This document shows, piece after piece, positions 21,130-49,291 of a stretch of 64,000 nucleotides of DNA. The position numbers were made by a program, and so were the translations under genes. This DNA comes from the human T2T-CHM13v2.0 reference genome, Homo sapiens: the NCBI RefSeq assembly GCF_009914755.1, contig NC_060934.1. One strand, written 5' to 3'. The notes under the pieces were generated by a model. The model saw only the letters and a list, made by a program, of their open reading frames with translations. It was not told the origin of the DNA and searched no databases. Position 1 is the stretch's first letter, and each line of letters begins with the position of its first letter.

Positions 21130-21339
21130 TAAAAGTAAGGATATGAGCTACTGGGGGAAGGGTATCAGTGCCTTAAAGGGAACCAAAAGTAGGCTCCTGA
21201 AGTCAGGTAATATTATCTTTCTTTATCTGAATGTTTGTTCCATGAGTTTGGTTGTTTTGTGACAATTTATTAAACTGACTATGTATGATACATGGTCTTT
21301 TGGGTATGTGCACTATATTTCAATAAAGTTTATTTTCAA

Positions 21340-21890
21340 TAGCCTACATGTCTTATCTAACCTGTACTCCTCCTGCCTTTCCTCTCTGACATCATTTTCT
21401 ACTGTCCACCCCTCCGCCTCACATAGGCACCATCTAGTGATATTGGCCTCCTTGCTTTTTCTTAAACATCTCAGGCTCCCTCTCACCTCAAGGCATTCCA
21501 ACCTCTGCCTGCAAAGCTTCCTGACCTCTCATGATCCCCATATCCCTTGAATCACTCCTTCATCCCCCTCTCAGCCTTTGCCAGGTGGCCTTTTCAGATA
21601 GGCTTACTTTCATCTACCTATTTAAAGCTGCAATTCTCCAAAAATTCCTAATCCCCCTTATTTTATTTCCTTTTTTCACAATGCTATATTTTCTCAGTAA
21701 TAATTTCTATTTCACTTATGATTACTTTCTGACCCTCTCACCCCTTCCCAAACACACTAAATTGAAAGCTCCAGAGATTGTTGGATTTTGTCTATCTTGT
21801 TTACTGATATTGTCTCAGAGCCTAAAATAATGCCTTACAAAAGTAAGCACACAATGAATATTTGTTGACTGGATTAATTAGAATGAATAG
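21340..21890 (+). mobile_element. L2 3' remnant (another L2-like piece at ~18700-19030)
   Basis: Ends in AATATTTGTTGACTGGATTAATTAGAATGAAT, typical L2a tail. Confidence 0.6.
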
Positions 21891-22759
21891 GTATGGATCA
21901 GGCCCAAAGTGTCAAGCACTGACGTAAAAGCCCTGAGCAAGATAGGCATGCCCCAGAAATAGAAATAGCAAGGCAGAGACTATGAGTGGAGTAGAGCGAG
22001 TGCATGCAGGGAAGGAGGAAGCGAGGTTACAGAGTAGATGGAGGTCAAATCATGAAGGGCCATGGGGCCAAGCATGGTGGCTCATGCCTGAAATCCCAGC
22101 ACCTTGGGAGGCCGAGGTGGTGGATCACCTGAGGTCGGGAGTTCAACACCAGCCTGACTGACATGGCAAAAAGCCATCTCTACTAAAAATACAAAAATTA
22201 GCTTGGCCTACTGGCACGTGCCTGTAATCCCAGCTACTGGGGAGGCTGAGGCAGGAGAATCACTCGAACCCGGGAACAGAGTTGCAGTGAGCTGAGATAG
22301 CGTCACTGCACTCCAGCCTGGGCAACAGAGCAAGACTTCATCTCAAAAATAATAATAAAAATAAAATAAATAAATAAAAATAAAGGGCCATGAAGCCATT
22401 GTAGGGCTGACTTTTGTATGAAATGGAATCAGAGGGAAGGTCCAGAACTAGGTAAGGCAAGTGAAAACTCACCTGGAATGCAGAAAGAGACCCAGTAATG
22501 AAGATAAAAAGTATTTTAATCTAACAGTTTATAAAGAATGAAATTGACAAACTATAGCCAACACAATGGATATTTGTTGTTTATAAATAAAGTTTTATGA
22601 AAAACAGTGCCAGGATATGATTTACCAGTGAAGTGGCTTCACTTGTGCAAGTTAGAGTTAGATCCTGATATTATTTAAAACTTCGATATCTTGTTCATCG
22701 TGAATTTTTGCACAAATTTTTAGTTTTTTAAATGTTGCCATAATATATTTATTGGATTT

Positions 22760-26790
<4,031 letters not shown>

Positions 26791-27338
26791 TATCCCAATT
26801 TTTAAAAAAATGACTATGCCACTACTTACTGAATCCACAATTTCCCCTCCAGAGGCTAAAGAGTGATTTCAGTTCCAGAGGCAAAGTCCCCACATGGTCA
26901 CCATGTGCTTCTTCAAAACTGACAAAAACTGGACCAGGACTGGTCTGCAAGAAGGGCAAACTTCTCCTTGACTCTTCCTTTCATGTTTCTCAGACCCGAG
27001 TTCAGAGAAAGATGGGGCAGGCTTGGGGGCCTGGGGGTCTTCCGAGAGGGTACAGAGGTCTTTCTGGAAGGGATGCAGGACGCTGGAGATCCCAAGCCTC
27101 AGAAGGAACTTTGACCTCCACCGTGTGCTCACTGTGGGACACCTTTCCGCTCCTGCTACAAAACCACTCAGTGCAGGATGAATCCTGGAGCCGCAGAATG
27201 GCTTACTGATCTGCCAGGGCCTCCCAGGAGAGTACAAATGCCTTGAACCTCCAGGTCTGGGTACGGAGCCTCTTCAAGTCTCTTCAGCCTTGAACAAAAA
27301 CCCAACAGGACCCAGGACCTCACCCACCTTCTCACTCA

Positions 27339-28035
<697 letters not shown>

Positions 28036-28405
28036 CTAAAACTACCTCAAGAACAGGATATCTGGTTGACTCAATTTGTAAAAGGGACATCTAATTTATA
28101 TGAGATGCCAGATATATCTGAATTTTTCTCTCCCCTGGCTGGACACTAATCCTCACCTGTAATTGCCAGTAACTTAGTCCCTACCTCTTGTTTCAAAAGC
28201 TAAAATTCACTTTTTTTGTCCAGAAAATGCAAACCTGGATACCTCCCTTCAGAGGATAGAAGTAGATTTGTAGAGAAGGTTAGGGATAGAGAGGAGGTAG
28301 GCAGGGGAGATGTAGATATAACATAGATATAGATACAGGTATAATTTACATAGAACTATACATAAAAAGAGTATATATTTATACAGAGAGAGGTACATAT
28401 AGACA

Positions 28406-28626
28406 CATGTTGAACATCCCAAATCTGAAATGCTCCAAAATTTCAAACTTTTTGGACACTGACATGATGCCCAAAGAAAATGCTCATTGGAGCATTTCAG
28501 ATTTTGGATTTTCAGATTTGGAATGCTCAACCAATACAATGCAAATACTCCAAAATCTGAAAAAAAAAATTCAAAATCTGAAACACTTTTGGCCCCAACC
28601 ATTTTAAATAAGTGATTCTCAACCTA
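28406..28626. mobile_element. Tigger4a/MER46-type DNA transposon
   Basis: GTTGAACATCCCAAATCTGAAATGCTCCAAAA...GGAGCATTTCAGATTTT...CTCAACCT internal palindromic structure. Confidence 0.8.
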
Positions 28627-29040
28627 TACAAATATAAATGAATATATGTCAACTGACAAGCATCGGATTTGTTTTCATAACTTGGAGAACTCTTTCCACA
28701 TTTGTGTTGCAAGTATCAGAATATGACTAGTGATACTTGGAGTTCTCATCTCTGGATAAACTTGAGAATCACTTGCGGGAACACAATAATCTCAGGAAAC
28801 AACTTAAAACTAAAAAAGAATTACATCAGACTCTCTTCAGATAGTTCTGTGTCATAAATATGTGGGCATGCGTGCACACACACGTATGTTAATCCCCTAG
28901 GTGGTTAATGAATGTACAGCTCATGTTAGGAGCAATAGCTTCTGATGAGTGTACTTTGGTAATGAAGAGAGTTTGGAATATGCTGGCACTTGTGCTTCCG
29001 TGTATAAACTCTTACACATATGTACCCAGATACAACATTA

Positions 29041-29433
<393 letters not shown>

Positions 29434-29754
29434 CTAATGTCATTCCAACACCTTCAAGTGCAAATGAAGAAGATGGAAAATTACTGAAAACTTGTATAAT
29501 GGGGACATAATGCAATTTGATAAAGTAACACAAGGAAAGGATAATAATTTTTTCAAATATATTTTTATTGTACAAAACTAAAGCCACATACACTTTGTTA
29601 CGTTATGATGTATTTTCACGTTATTACATCAAAAGAAGGTAGAAGACTGAGAAGAGAGATGATTATTGAAGAGATTTTAAGGTTATATATAATTCATTTG
29701 TAATAAAATAGGCTATTTTATGGGTATGTATGGAAATAACTACCTCAGCATAAG

Positions 29755-34400
<4,646 letters not shown>

Positions 34401-34699
34401 TAAGCACTCCCCTTTGGGCTTCAAAATGGTAGGCACTTCTTTCACCAGTACCACAATGTGCTTGTTGTTCATTTTCCTTTATATCACACTAATTTTGCAT
34501 CCAAGGAAAGGAGGCCTGGATCGAGGTCATAAAAAAAAAAAAAAAAAATCCTCCTCCTAAATCTAAAGCCTTGGCGAACTTCCCAGCATGTGGAGCAGAA
34601 TCTGAAAATCTTCACTAAGCGGTTATTCAGGTCATGGACTGTCATCTGCTTAGAAAGATGATATCTTTTCCTGAGAATCTGTGGCAGACAGAAGTTAAC

Positions 34700-35278
34700 C
34701 TAAAAAGCTTGAAGTTTATCCATAGTGCTGGTATGGTCAGTCAAGTAGTGCGATGGCTTTAAAAGGGGTGGGGCCTGTGCTGCCACCTGTGTCTCAGTTT
34801 GTCCAGGATATGCAGGTCCTTTTACAAGGTTCCCATCAGCAACAAGAGACTGGAGACACTCATTCCAGCATTGCATAGAGAGAGTGTGTCTTGCTGACCC
34901 AGGCCATGCCATTGCTGTTTAGGGTCACCAGGCTGAGGCTGAGCCAGATTCTTAAAGGGCAGCACTACCAGGCCAGTGTGCTTGTTCCCCTTGTCACCTT
35001 GGCATCTTCCTTGGTATGGGGGTCAGAAAGGAGTCTGCATATGTGACAGCCCCACTCATAGAATTGGTACTATTGACACAGGACTTCTAAGTGTCAAAGG
35101 AGAGTGAGAGCTCTCTCCCTGCACACCCTGGGTAGGCTGAAGCATCATGACCCCTGGTCCCTGGCTCATGCAGCTCCCAGGGGGATCCCAAGGAACAAAG
35201 GACATGTAGAATGGGAGAAAAGCTAGTACAAATGACTGTTTGCTGCTGAAAAACTTGGAAGGAGGAACGGGAGCAGAT
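34700..35278 (-). pseudogene. Terminal exon remnant of a DUXBL/DUXB-type gene (C-terminal region); stops at 35058 and 35025, frameshift near 34880; 5' part deleted
   Basis: PWDPPGSCMSQGPGVMMLQPTQGVQG...TPF*PPYQ...LGQQD...MQCWNECLQSLVA..KG parallels the DUXB C-terminus as recalled ([27 protein letters not shown]...TPFWLQYQ...[24 protein letters not shown]..KG). Confidence 0.8.
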
Positions 35279-35340
35279 CTGCCCACCTCTGCCTCCCAAA
35301 GTGCTCGGATTACAGGCATGAGCCACCACGCCCAGCCAAG

Positions 35341-35940
35341 TCTGACACCTTTAAAAGTCTGAAAAGAAACATTTACCGCTGGGTGCCATGGCTCATTCCT
35401 ATAATGCTAGCACTTTGGGAGGCCAAGGCAAGCTGATCACTTGAGCTCGGGAGTTTGAGACCAGCCTGGGCAATATGGCAAAACCTCATCTCTACAAAGA
35501 AAAAAAAAAAAAATTGGCCAGGTGTGCTGGCATGCACCTGTAGTCCCAGCTACTCAGGAAGCTGAGGTGGGCAGATTGATTGAACCTGGGAGGTCAAGGC
35601 TGCAGTAAGCAAGGATCACACCACTGCACTCCAGCCTGGGTGACAGATGGCAGTCTTGTCTCAAAACAAAACAAAAAACAACGGCTTACCATCTATTCTC
35701 TTTGAGGGAGGTATCATCCATATAACAAGGCCAACTATGCTAGTCCACCTTCTTCCTTTCTCTCTCTTAACCTGTCTTGCCACTAAACCTGATTTACTTG
35801 TTTCGGACCATGCTCCAAGTCTATATTTTTTAGTGGCCTCAGGATGGTATATAAGTTTCTGTAACTCTTTGGGAAGTTGGGTCTTCATTCTGAAGACTCC
35901 TGTGTACACGTTAAATAAATCTGTATGTCGTTTCTCCTGT
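35341..35940 (+). mobile_element. MER4-group ERV1 LTR fragment with an Alu insertion (35378-35680)
   Basis: AAGTCTGAAAAGAAACATTTACCATCTATTCTCT..., TATATAAG, AATAAA. Confidence 0.6.
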
Positions 35941-36423
<483 letters not shown>

Positions 36424-36425
36424 TA

Positions 36426-36575
<150 letters not shown>

Positions 36576-37028
36576 TCAAAAAATGAAAAATCAAAAAAGA
36601 TAAAGAGAAAAAGAAAAAAGAAGAAAAAGGAAAATAAGAAAAAAAACCCAAAAAGTTCAAAAACAAAACAAAAAAATACAAAATATTTTACAGAGTTTAA
36701 CTCTTTTCATCGGCACTATTGATCTGCTTTTAATTCCCAAGCATTGTGCTCAAAGCCTATATCTGTTATCTAAATTAATTAATCAAAATATTTTTAGATA
36801 AAAAGTCTTACACACAGCTGGAATCTAAACTAATGAATGCCTTTATGAATACCATATGAGAGCTAACAGCACCTTACATTGTTTCCTGGCCTTTCCTTCT
36901 CACCATAGGTTCCAACGAGCTCAGTACCTCTCAGGCAGCCAATCACCAGGTCTTCTCACATGCAGCAATTTTATTACCAGAATTTGAGTAAACCCTATCT
37001 CCCATACCCAGAACAGATCATCTAAACA

Positions 37029-37905
<877 letters not shown>

Positions 37906-38342
37906 AACATAAAATTTTATCCTCTTGAGCATTTTCAAAAATTGAGGTCATTATAACCAATTAATCAGAGACTGTATATTAGATGCTAACACCTGAACTC
38001 AATTTTTACCCCTAAAAAGACATATCCACTTATCTTCATTGGTTTAAATACCATCTCACTTGGGACAATTATATGCCTTATCTCTTTAATAAGTTAAAAA
38101 ATTATCTTAGTTTAATTATTGCATCAATAATTTTATTCAAAATAATTCAATATAGAATTTCTTGTGTATGAATCAAATTAGGGACATTAGCTTAAAAAAA
38201 ATTAGGGCCAGATGTGGTGGCTCACACCTATAACCTCAGCACTTTGGGAAACTGAGGTGGGAAGATTGCTTGAGCCCAGGAGTTTCAGACCAGCCTGGGC
38301 AAGATGGCAAGACCATATCTATACAAAAACTTTTTAAAATTA

Positions 38343-38649
<307 letters not shown>

Positions 38650-38970
38650 TCATGGTGGCTTGTGCCTGTAGTCCCAGCTACGCAGAAGGCTGAAATGGGA
38701 GGACTGATTGAGCCCAGGAAGTCGAGGCTGCAGTGAGCTGTGATTGAGCCATTACACTCCAGTCTGAGTGACAGAGTGACATCCTGTCTCAGAAAGAAAA
38801 AAAACAAGAGATATACACAGAGTTATTGCTCTTGTTTTATTTTTTTCACTACATAACAGGAATAAACTTCATGGCAAAATAGAGACCTAAGAGAATTGCT
38901 TGAAAGTGCTTAGCCTAGCTTTTCTCTTTACTTAACTTTGAAAGAAAATAAATAGAAACCAAATGCCTAC

Positions 38971-39125
38971 CTGAATTCTAGGCTCTGGAATGCCAATTTC
39001 TTTGGCCAGTTGATCCCTGGCAGCTATACCAGGATAGGGATTCTTTTCAAACCATGCCTGGAGGGTATCTTTTTGACTCTGGTTCAAAACAATCCTCTTT
39101 CGCCGGGCCTCTCTTTCTAGTGAGC
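38971..39125 (-). pseudogene. DUXBL-like exon 2: homeodomain 1, helices 1-2 up to residue 46; open frame with intact splice sites
   Basis: TTTGCTAG|[53 protein letters not shown]|GTAGGC; 155 nt, phase 1 in, phase 0 out; PRD-class intron at HD position 46/47; close to mouse Duxbl EARRRRIILTQSQKDTLRVWFEKNP as recalled. Confidence 0.92.
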
Positions 39126-39871
39126 CTAGCAAAGACACAAAGGAATAAAAGAGTATGAAGAATGTGCTTATAGATTAAAATTGCTGGCATTATTTCAGAC
39201 GGAAAGCCAATATATCCATTGATGACTCTATGTTTTTACTTTAGCAACATATCTTAAGTCATGCTAGTAAGGACACATATAAGTGTAAATTCATCTTTTA
39301 GGAAATATGATAGGCAATGATCTAAGTATACAGAGCAAAAGCTTACAGAAATTCCACAATAGTAACATGCAAGAAAATAGGAAGCAACAGAATTAGAAAA
39401 ATGCGTAAAATTAATAAAACAGGTAAATATCATGTAAAAAACTAAAAGGTTAAAACACATCCTTCTAATCATGGTTTCATGATTTCAACTTTTTTTTTTT
39501 TTGAGACAGAGTCTTTCTCTGTCACCCAGGCTGGACTGAAATGGTGCGATCTCGGCTCACTGCAACCTCCACCTCCTGGGTTCAAGCAATTATCCTGCCT
39601 CAGCCTCCAAAGTAACTGGGATTACAGGTGCCCATCACCACGCCCAGCTGATTTTTGTATTTTTAGTAGAGATGAGGTTTCACCATGTTGGCCAAGCTGG
39701 TCTCGAACTCCTGACCTCAGGTGATCCTCCCACCTCGGCCTCCAAAAGTGATGGGATTACAGGCATGAGCCACTGCTCCCAGCCGTGATTTAAACTTTCA
39801 TAAACTCTAGAAAACAAACAAGCCCTTTGGCATCAACACAGAGAACAGCCAGCAGGCTGATAGGAACTTAC

Positions 39872-39990
39872 CATTTGAACTTTTGGCCAAATCCATACTG
39901 GGAAGAGTGGCCTGGATTCCAGAATCTAGTGGCTTCACAGAACAACTGCCAGAGACACAAGATACAACAAAACACAGGGTGGCCCACCCA
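39872..39990 (-). pseudogene. DUXBL-like exon 1 (ATG 39896, MDLAKSSN-G, donor GTAAGT)
   Basis: 25 coding nt ending in phase 1, matching the phase-1 acceptor at 39125; resembles the short N-termini of DUXB/Duxbl. Confidence 0.8.
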
Positions 39991-40086
39991 TCTCTCCAAA
40001 TCCTGACCTCAGGTGATCCACCCGCCTGGCCACCGAAAGTGCTGGGATTACAGGCATGAGCCACTGAGCCTGGCCACACCCATTTC

Positions 40087-40160
40087 TTAAATACCTTTCT
40101 ACTGAATCCCTTCATTAAATATTTAACACCACTTAAAAGGATTTTGAAGTAATTAGATTA
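40087..40160 (-). promoter_or_regulatory. Putative DUXBL promoter: TATTTAA (40093-40087) and DUX4-like motif TAATCTAATTA (40160-40150)
   Basis: Position upstream of exon 1; motif is one mismatch from TAATCTAATCA; both elements are conserved in the duplicate (56209-56278). Confidence 0.45.
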
Positions 40161-40514
40161 AGGGTAAGATGAATTTTAAGTAGAAGTACAGATTCTACTA
40201 CGTAATTTTGCATCTATCATGATACTTTTCCAAATATGACTTTGGTTCTCTGCTCTCTAGTTTCCACATATTTAAGCATTTTCTTCTCTGTGTTCAGGTT
40301 CTTTTATTTCTTAATTATTTTGACTTGTCCATGCTATTTAACGAATGGAGAGTCTCGCCTTATCTTGTACTTTTCACATTCTCCTCAGCTTTTCCTGCAA
40401 CTTATTTTATTCCATCATCAATATGGTGGTCTGGCCATATGTCAAGTTAGCTAGTCTAAGGTTTGCAGTTTTTCCATCAAACATGAATGCAGGTGTTGCT
40501 ATAAATGCATTTTG

Positions 40515-42095
<1,581 letters not shown>

Positions 42096-42807
42096 TCATC
42101 CCATTGTTTATTTTGGTAAAATGACATAATAGGAAAACTTATATGGGTAGATTTGTCTCTGGAGATAGGCCATGGGTGATACAAAACTTCTTCGAATCCT
42201 AGAAAGATGGCAGACGGGCTGGGCACAGTGGCTTATGCCTGTAATTCCAACAGTTTGGGAGGCCGAGGTGGGCAGATTACGAGGTCAGGAGTTTGAGACC
42301 AGCCTAGCCAACATGATGAAATCCCATTTCTACTAAAAATACAAAAATTAGCCTAGCATGGTGGCACATGCCCGTAGTTCCAACTACTCAGGAGGCTGAG
42401 GCGGAGAACTGCTTGAACCTGGGAGGTGGAGGTTGCAGTGAGCCAAGGTAGCACCACTGCACTCCAGGCTGGACAACAGAGACTCCGTCTCAAAAAAAAA
42501 AAAAAGAAAGAAAGAAAGAAAAAAGAAAGCTGGCAGCCCATCTTATGCCACTGTAAATTTTTGGTAAATCTATGTCAGTTGTGAATACCTGGAAGGCAGA
42601 AGTGAGGAAAATAATGAAAGCAGAATATCACGATAATGACTCACCTGCTCTTAGCTGGTACTGTACATAAGGTATATATTGTACATACAGTACATATTAT
42701 ACATAGGGTATATATTATACATAGGGTATATGAAGAAAGAAATGAGTTCAGAAAGAAATATTTTGCTTAAGAGGGCGAAGGAAATGGAATAGAAAGAATA
42801 CATCACT

Positions 42808-43142
<335 letters not shown>

Positions 43143-43270
43143 CTACAGATATACAGATATCTTTTCTCATTTTAAATAAGGAAATAAAAGCATAGAGGCC
43201 CACATCCTAACAACAACTATATATATACTCAAACCTGGGTTATGGCCATCACACCATTGCTTTAAAGCAA

Positions 43271-45404
<2,134 letters not shown>

Positions 45405-45990
45405 TAAAGCAATCACTGGATTAAAACTTCTACCAAGAGATCATTTCAGTTGTCTACACTACTACAGAGGAAAAATAGTGTGTGCTTTTGCTACAACTGA
45501 TGAGCTCAAAATAATTAAGAGAAAGAAGAAATAGACAGTGAATTGGGGAAGTAACTAACTGTATCTGGAGCTACATCTAATCAGCTGCATTAAATGGCCT
45601 TTATCAAGTATTTTATATGTGTCTGTGGATGGTATAAGTGTGTTATTTCATTGAAAATACTACAAATATTTACAAAGAATATTTCACTTAAATTTCACAG
45701 TTGCTAAGAAAATGGTACTTGCAAAACTGACCTATATAAAGAAATAAGAGTCTCTTCAAAAGAGATGGTAAATTGTAAATATAAAATATATCACAATGTT
45801 AAAATCCTCATAGTGCAAATCAATAAAGATAACCTTTGGAGAGGAAAGTATTGAGCTTTACAAATTTACTGTAAATTTACATATTAATTCAACAAGGAAT
45901 ACTTTTAAACCTTGCACTGCCACAGAATTACTTTGTGGGGAAAAAAAAAATGAGGTACTTTTTGAATATGTGTACATCAAATCCAAAAAG

Positions 45991-46416
45991 TTAACTTTTA
46001 CTTTTTCCTTTATGGGCAACTTTGGATGCATTTTTCGGTTTTGGTTCCCAGAGGGCATTTCTTACAAATCTTGAAGCTGCACCTCTGTCCAGCTTGCCAG
46101 CCTTTTTCTTGTCTGTTATTTCCTTGACTCTGTTCATATATACTCTGATTCTTTCCAATTCCTGCTTTACTGAATGTTCCTTAGGATTCACTCCTTGAGT
46201 TGCCAAATAAACCCAAAACATTGAATTTAATGTGTATGCAGAAACCAAATCCACTTTTGCTTGTTCAAGTGGGTCCAACTTCTGCAACAACTCATTTCTA
46301 GAAACAGACATCATGTTCTTCAGCATCTCATCCACAGCATCAATGGAATTCGCAAATGCTGACAAATAATCATGAATTTCTTCTGGATAGTCCTCATTAA
46401 TTTCTTCAGCTGCCCT
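45991..46416 (-). pseudogene. C1DP3: C1D processed pseudogene copy 1 (start ATG>AGG; otherwise open; UTRs span ~45413-46490)
   Basis: Intronless C1D/Rrp47 sequence ...[35 protein letters not shown]...KGKSKS; P-number from recollection. Confidence 0.9.
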
Positions 46417-46939
46417 TATGGCTGAAGCACGGCCTTTGACTCCAGTCTCCTAGAAAGCGGTCAGGCAACGATGACATCAATTGCGTGCCAGATCTAGAAC
46501 AGAGTCTTTTAAAAGTATTTCTCTACATTCCCAGAAATACATTTATTATAATTGCATCTTATGGCCCTTTTTTCAACAGAAGTAAAATTTCTGGACCATT
46601 AGAAGAGCACAAAATTTATTTTCTAAATGAAATATTCAAGGACACTTGTCATTCTCTCAGGCTCAAAGCCTAAAGAGGTACACCAATAAGACAAGATTCA
46701 TTATCACATTGAAGATCATGGGGAGATGTTTGCTCAGGTGGTCACGTGATGTGCAGAAACAGAGGGAGACACAATTGAACCAAATAAATAAAGATGCAGG
46801 CTGGGCGCAGTAGCTCAGCCTGTGATCCCAAGACTTCAGGAGGCTGAGGCAGCAGATTGCTTTAACCTAGCAGTTCCACATTTATATATATAATGTATAT
46901 ATAAATATGTTATATATAATATATATGTTATATGTATTA

Positions 46940-47281
<342 letters not shown>

Positions 47282-47416
47282 TCATCCTTGAATAGTGGTA
47301 GATAATTTGTACTTTCAGAGAAAAGCAGGAAAGGTAAAAGAAGAGCCTCTTTGGATTTACTTTTCCATGTCCTAAAGTACTTTTCAATTAAAAGTGAAGA
47401 CCAATCAATCCTCTCA

Positions 47417-47893
<477 letters not shown>

Positions 47894-48494
47894 TTAAAGC
47901 AGTAACTTTGAATTTGTATCTGGACACATTTCCATAATTAAAAGAAAGAAAAGAAAAAATAAAAATAAAACAACAACAAGAACAAAACATAAAACAAAGA
48001 AAAAGAGATATCTCAAGGTTACTTTACATCACTAGGCCTACACCCAAGGGTAGAGACCAAAGCACCAGCTGTTCTTCAAAGAAACACGATGATCCAGATG
48101 AAAGAAAGATGTTTCCCAATGGGTTCAGATGTCCTTTTAGAATCAAGGGAATGTCCCTAGTACATGCCAAATCACTACTTAAAGTTTATCTGGTGGGGCA
48201 TGGTGCCTCATACCCATAATCCCAGCACTTTGGAAGGTCAAGGCATGAGGATCACTTGAGCCCAGGAGTTTGAGGCCAGCCCTGGCAACACAACAAGACC
48301 CCATCTCTACAAAAAATAAAACGACTAGCTGGTGTGGTGGTGCGACCTGTAGTCCCAGCTACTCAGGAGGCTGGAGTGAGAAGATCACTTGAGGCTGAGT
48401 TTCAGGGCTGCAGTGATTACAGGCATGAGCCACTGTGCCTGGCCTTTTTTTTTTTTTTTTTTTTTTCATCATGTAATACGTCCATGTAATGAAA

Positions 48495-48850
48495 TTTATT
48501 TCTTACAGTGCTGGAGTCTGGGAAGTCCACAGTCCACGGGCTACAGCTGGTTGGCTTCTGGCAAGGGCCTCATCCTGCATCATAACATGGTGGACAGCAT
48601 CACATGGAGGGAAGTCGCAGGAGACAGAGCCGAACAGGCTTTTATAACAGACCCACTCTCATGATAATTCACACACCATTATTCCTACTGAACCATTAAC
48701 CCACTCACTCAGGAATGCATTAATCCATTCAAGAAAGCAGAGACTTCATGATCCAATTATCTCTTAAAGGACCCACCTCTTAATCCTGTTACTTTGCAGA
48801 CTAAGTTTCAGCATGAATTTCAGAGAGGACAAACAAATCATAGCACCATT
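48495..48850 (-). mobile_element. MaLR LTR (MST/MLT1A-like); duplicate at ~54990-55340
   Basis: TTTCTTACAGTGCTGGAGTCTGGGAAGTCCA...ACCCACCTCTTAAT motif. Confidence 0.7.
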
Positions 48851-49072
48851 TTAGTCAAATACACCTCAATAAGAATTTCACAATTTTACTTAATCTTTTC
48901 AGTGAATAAAGTATTTGATTTTGCAATTAGATTTTGATTATGGGATAGAATGTGCAAAGAAATAAACTTTTGTAGAAACCACAATAGTTCTTTTTATTTC
49001 CACCTATCAGTCTAGGTGTTTATAAAACTCAACTTGACTTTTTAAAAAATTATAGAATGGGCATGCAAATAG

Positions 49073-49291
<219 letters not shown>

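Noticed and set aside
26840-27320. Unique GC-moderate segment with a 122-aa minus-strand ORF and an 'EEAPYPDL' homeodomain-like word
   Set aside because: No other homeodomain residues, no ATG-led coherent frame, and no recognisable homology
46485-46673. Plus-strand EEHKIYFLNEIFKDTCH, vaguely CPHX-homeodomain-like, after a pyrimidine-AG site
   Set aside because: Similarity is too weak, helix 2/3 motifs are lacking, and it is on the opposite strand to the DUX remnant
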